Source: Bacteroidales bacterium (GTDB lineage Bacteria; Bacteroidota; Bacteroidia; Bacteroidales; GCA-2748055). Taken from it: a stretch of 64,000 bases of DNA. The first letter of the stretch is position 1; each line of letters begins with the position of its first letter. The stretch lies in NCBI GenBank assembly GCA_021740585.1, contig JAIOZM010000005.1, positions 5,642-69,641 on the forward strand. Direction: 5' to 3'. Below the pieces are notes generated by a model. The model searched no databases. It had not been told where the DNA came from and worked only from the letters and a program-made list of their open reading frames with translations. Shown one piece after another: positions 61,296-64,000 of the stretch. Made by a program: the position numbers and the translations under genes.

Positions 61296-64000
61296 TTATT
61301 TATTGATGTTGTAACTGTATAAAGATGATCGGGCAGTTATAAAAAGTGTTTTTCCCTCTTTCCCCCCAAACTGGACGCTTGTAGGTCGTTCGGGCAATTC
61401 GATTTTCCCGGTCTTATTTCCGTTTTTATCGTAAATATAAATGTGACCGTCTGCAACATACAGATTTCCTTCGTCATCAATGGCTGAACCAAACTCAGCT
61501 TGTTCAACAAAATAGCTGAGGTTTGAAAGTCTTCCTTCATTGTCTACATCCATTTTCACCATCCGTGTATCGTATTCGTCGGCGGTATAAAAGGGTTCTC
61601 CGGGAATAGCTTCCAGCAAAGATGCCGTGCGGGCAAGATCGTAACATTCCGGAATGATGGTCACGCCATCGGGTGCCACAAAACAGTTCTCGGGAACCAA
61701 AACGGAGATTTCGTTAAAATCGTGAGAATCTCTCCAACGGTTGGAAGGATAGAAGGCTTTTGCAATATTTTTTATCGATCCCATGGGAACCCTGGGCAAC
61801 AAAGCAATGCTTTCCTCCGGATTTTCAGGATCGATGGAATATACCCAGGAGCCAAAACCTGAATTTCCCCATCCACTGAATGATGTACCGTCGGCATCGG
61901 GTAAAGCCGGGACAGATTCCTGCTCGCCATTTATTTTGTAGCCCGGTTGAGGATTATATTTAAACAATACCAGTAAATTATCTTTGGTATCGCAGGCGAG
62001 TGACATGGGTTCCCATGGGAACTCAGAAATCATGGAAACAACATTTTTTTCAACATCCCATTTGTAAATACGGCGCATGCGTTGTTCGCTAAAATAGATG
62101 TTCCCTTTACTATCGCGGGTAATTCCTTCAATGAATTCAAATCCGGTTGCCAGCTTTTCGAGTTTGCCCGGCTGATTGGTCAGAGGGTCTTTTCGCGTTT
62201 CGTTCCCTGTTACAGTCAGCTTTGTAAACTCCCATGGTCTGACATCAAGATTTGTATTTATATCGTAAAAAGTCAGAGTATTGGTGTATTTAATCTGGGA
62301 ATAATTATGGACATTCAGGAATTCAATATTCTTGCAGTTCCAGGTTCTTACAGCATAAGGATAAGGTGTTTTAACCCTGATTACCCGGAACATATATAAA
62401 TTGGCAAAAACCATATCGCTGCAATCCTGCAATTCGATTGGCTGACAATCTAGTCCTTCCCGGCTTTCTTCCTCAGTTTGAAAAGCATAAACTTTCCAGT
62501 TTGAAACATTCTTGAAACGGGCTTCGTTGCGGACATGGTGCTCTATCGACATGGCATAAATCCTGCCCGGAGTAGAAGTATTATTCACATAAATTCCATT
62601 AGCGCTATAAGTGCTTGCTGTCCATATATCTTTAAATGTACCTCCGCCACCGTTTGTAATCCACAGACTCCAGTACTGATTGTCCCAGGCCTTATCCTTT
62701 CCCTGATCAGTTACCGGCTCATCGGGTGTACTTATCCTTCGATCCCCTCTTGACCATGGTTTTTCAGTACCCCGGGCCATAGACCCATGTCCACCGATAA
62801 ATTTCACATCATTCATATAAGAATTTGCACCCGCCATCCATTTACATCCTACCGCCCGGTAATTGTATCCACCGGTATTTATCCCGATTCCCGATACAAT
62901 ATTTTTACCTCCTGCCGGAGTCTCCAGCAAAGCTACCGGCGTTCCGAATCCGCTGAATGCAGGCGTACTTTCCCTCAACATAAGTTGTGTGGCAACCGGA
63001 TTAAGACCAAAGAGGTTTGTATTTGACTTAAGTTTTAAGGGTTCTGAAATTACATACCATCCCTGAGGGATATAAATGGCAGAATATTTTTCAATGGCCT
63101 GAAGGAAAACTTTGGTATCGTCAGTAACCCCATCACCAAGGGCACCCAAATCTTTAATATTTACCCATGTTTGCATATCTGGCAATGCAGGAATATCATT
63201 TGCAGGTGAATCAGGTAGTTTTTTTAATTCAATGATATCAGCTAAGGTTTTGTTTTCGGGTTCAGCAGCCATATCGCTCATGTGCAATCCGTGGGTATAA
63301 TTAACTACTTTGTAGAGTTTTCCTTTCCCATTGGTTTGAGTGTTGCTCCGTCTGTAGTGAACCAATACCGGCACCTCTTCGCAAACAATATTCCTCAGGC
63401 TGATCTGATTGGTATGGTTATTCTCATTACTCACAATGAGAGCCGGTGCGCTAATATTTTTGAAGCTACAATCCTCCATGAAAATCCGGTCGGAATAATT
63501 CGGTCTGATTTCAATTACAGATGGAACATTGACCGCTTTCAATCTGACTATGGTAAGTCCGCCTTCCTGCGTGAAAATGGCTGCCTTACTCTGTCCTTCA
63601 AAATAGGTGTCGACCATCATCATTTGCCATCCGGGAGAAGTTTTGGTGGTATAAATGCCATATTCACCGCCATAAAAACGCACATTTTCCATTTCATTAC
63701 CCACATCATAAAGTCCGGCTTTTCCATTCCCAATCTGAATATCTACATGCGATACAAAACTATGCTGAGCAAAGTGTGTTCGCAGAGCTACAGCATAAGG
63801 ATTTCCGTCTTCAATTTTCAGATTTATATTTGAAATAGCGCTGTAAAACGTGCCTGCACTGGCATCGCGCGGCTCTTGTCCGGCTTCAACAATGTCACTA
63901 GTAAACCAGAACATATAATTGGCTTTTCCTTTATCGTTTACCACTTCTTCCTGGTAGCCGGGTGACTTTTTCCCCAGAAAAATCAATGGTCGTTTACTAC
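61296..64000 (-). CDS. Pectate_lyase_3/GH55-like beta-helix fused to an SMP-30/gluconolactonase propeller (5'-partial)
   Basis: WVNIKDLGALGDGVTDDT; FIEGITRDSKGNIYFSE; IELPERPTSVQFGG..TLFITARSSLY; the frame runs off the window edge. Confidence 0.82.
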   Translation of the reverse strand, partial: SKRPLIFLGKKSPGYQEEVVNDKGKANYMFWFTSDIVEAGQEPRDASAGTFYSAISNINLKIEDGNPYAVALRTHFAQHSFVSHVDIQIGNGKAGLYDVGNEMENVRFYGGEYGIYTTKTSPGWQMMMVDTYFEGQSKAAIFTQEGGLTIVRLKAVNVPSVIEIRPNYSDRIFMEDCSFKNISAPALIVSNENNHTNQISLRNIVCEEVPVLVHYRRSNTQTNGKGKLYKVVNYTHGLHMSDMAAEPENKTLADIIELKKLPDSPANDIPALPDMQTWVNIKDLGALGDGVTDDTKVFLQAIEKYSAIYIPQGWYVISEPLKLKSNTNLFGLNPVATQLMLRESTPAFSGFGTPVALLETPAGGKNIVSGIGINTGGYNYRAVGCKWMAGANSYMNDVKFIGGHGSMARGTEKPWSRGDRRISTPDEPVTDQGKDKAWDNQYWSLWITNGGGGTFKDIWTASTYSANGIYVNNTSTPGRIYAMSIEHHVRNEARFKNVSNWKVYAFQTEEESREGLDCQPIELQDCSDMVFANLYMFRVIRVKTPYPYAVRTWNCKNIEFLNVHNYSQIKYTNTLTFYDINTNLDVRPWEFTKLTVTGNETRKDPLTNQPGKLEKLATGFEFIEGITRDSKGNIYFSEQRMRRIYKWDVEKNVVSMISEFPWEPMSLACDTKDNLLVLFKYNPQPGYKINGEQESVPALPDADGTSFSGWGNSGFGSWVYSIDPENPEESIALLPRVPMGSIKNIAKAFYPSNRWRDSHDFNEISVLVPENCFVAPDGVTIIPECYDLARTASLLEAIPGEPFYTADEYDTRMVKMDVDNEGRLSNLSYFVEQAEFGSAIDDEGNLYVADGHIYIYDKNGNKTGKIELPERPTSVQFGGKEGKTLFITARSSLYSYNINK

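Overview
AT-rich Bacteroidota chromosome segment, probably Bacteroidales/Marinilabiliales-like. The assignment is inferred from T9SS C-terminal domains, a hybrid two-component system (HTCS) and TAnnTTTG promoters. Roughly 1-16.5 kb is housekeeping: partial mgtE, a MacB/FtsX permease, purH-mreBCD-mrdA-rodA, acpH, a COG2403 cDPG-synthetase-like P-loop protein, pgi and upp. The rest is accessory: seven T9SS cargo genes (Ig-repeat protein, GH5-CBM6, CotH kinase, S41 peptidase, triple beta-helix protein, GH9-CBM6, PL9), a DUF1080 pair, ppk2, GluP, yiaK and tRNA-Thr(CGT). The most notable structure is a ~14.8 kb integrase-less block (39989-54870) bounded by an identical 86-bp direct repeat of the 5' end of a YdeI-family gene. 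It holds an HTCS, a HEPN/MNT pair, a 21-bp-period tandem operator, an S41 peptidase, a frameshifted three-repeat beta-helix T9SS gene and an AAA/DUF4143 ATPase. It also holds an 'empty' second cassette in which a copy of the operator/promoter is fused to a ~95% identical copy of the T9SS C-terminal tail. REP-like palindromes and degenerate 7-8-mer repeats mark many gene junctions. No CRISPR array, rRNA, integrase, transposase or reverse transcriptase was seen. All family calls are motif recognition by eye, not database searches.
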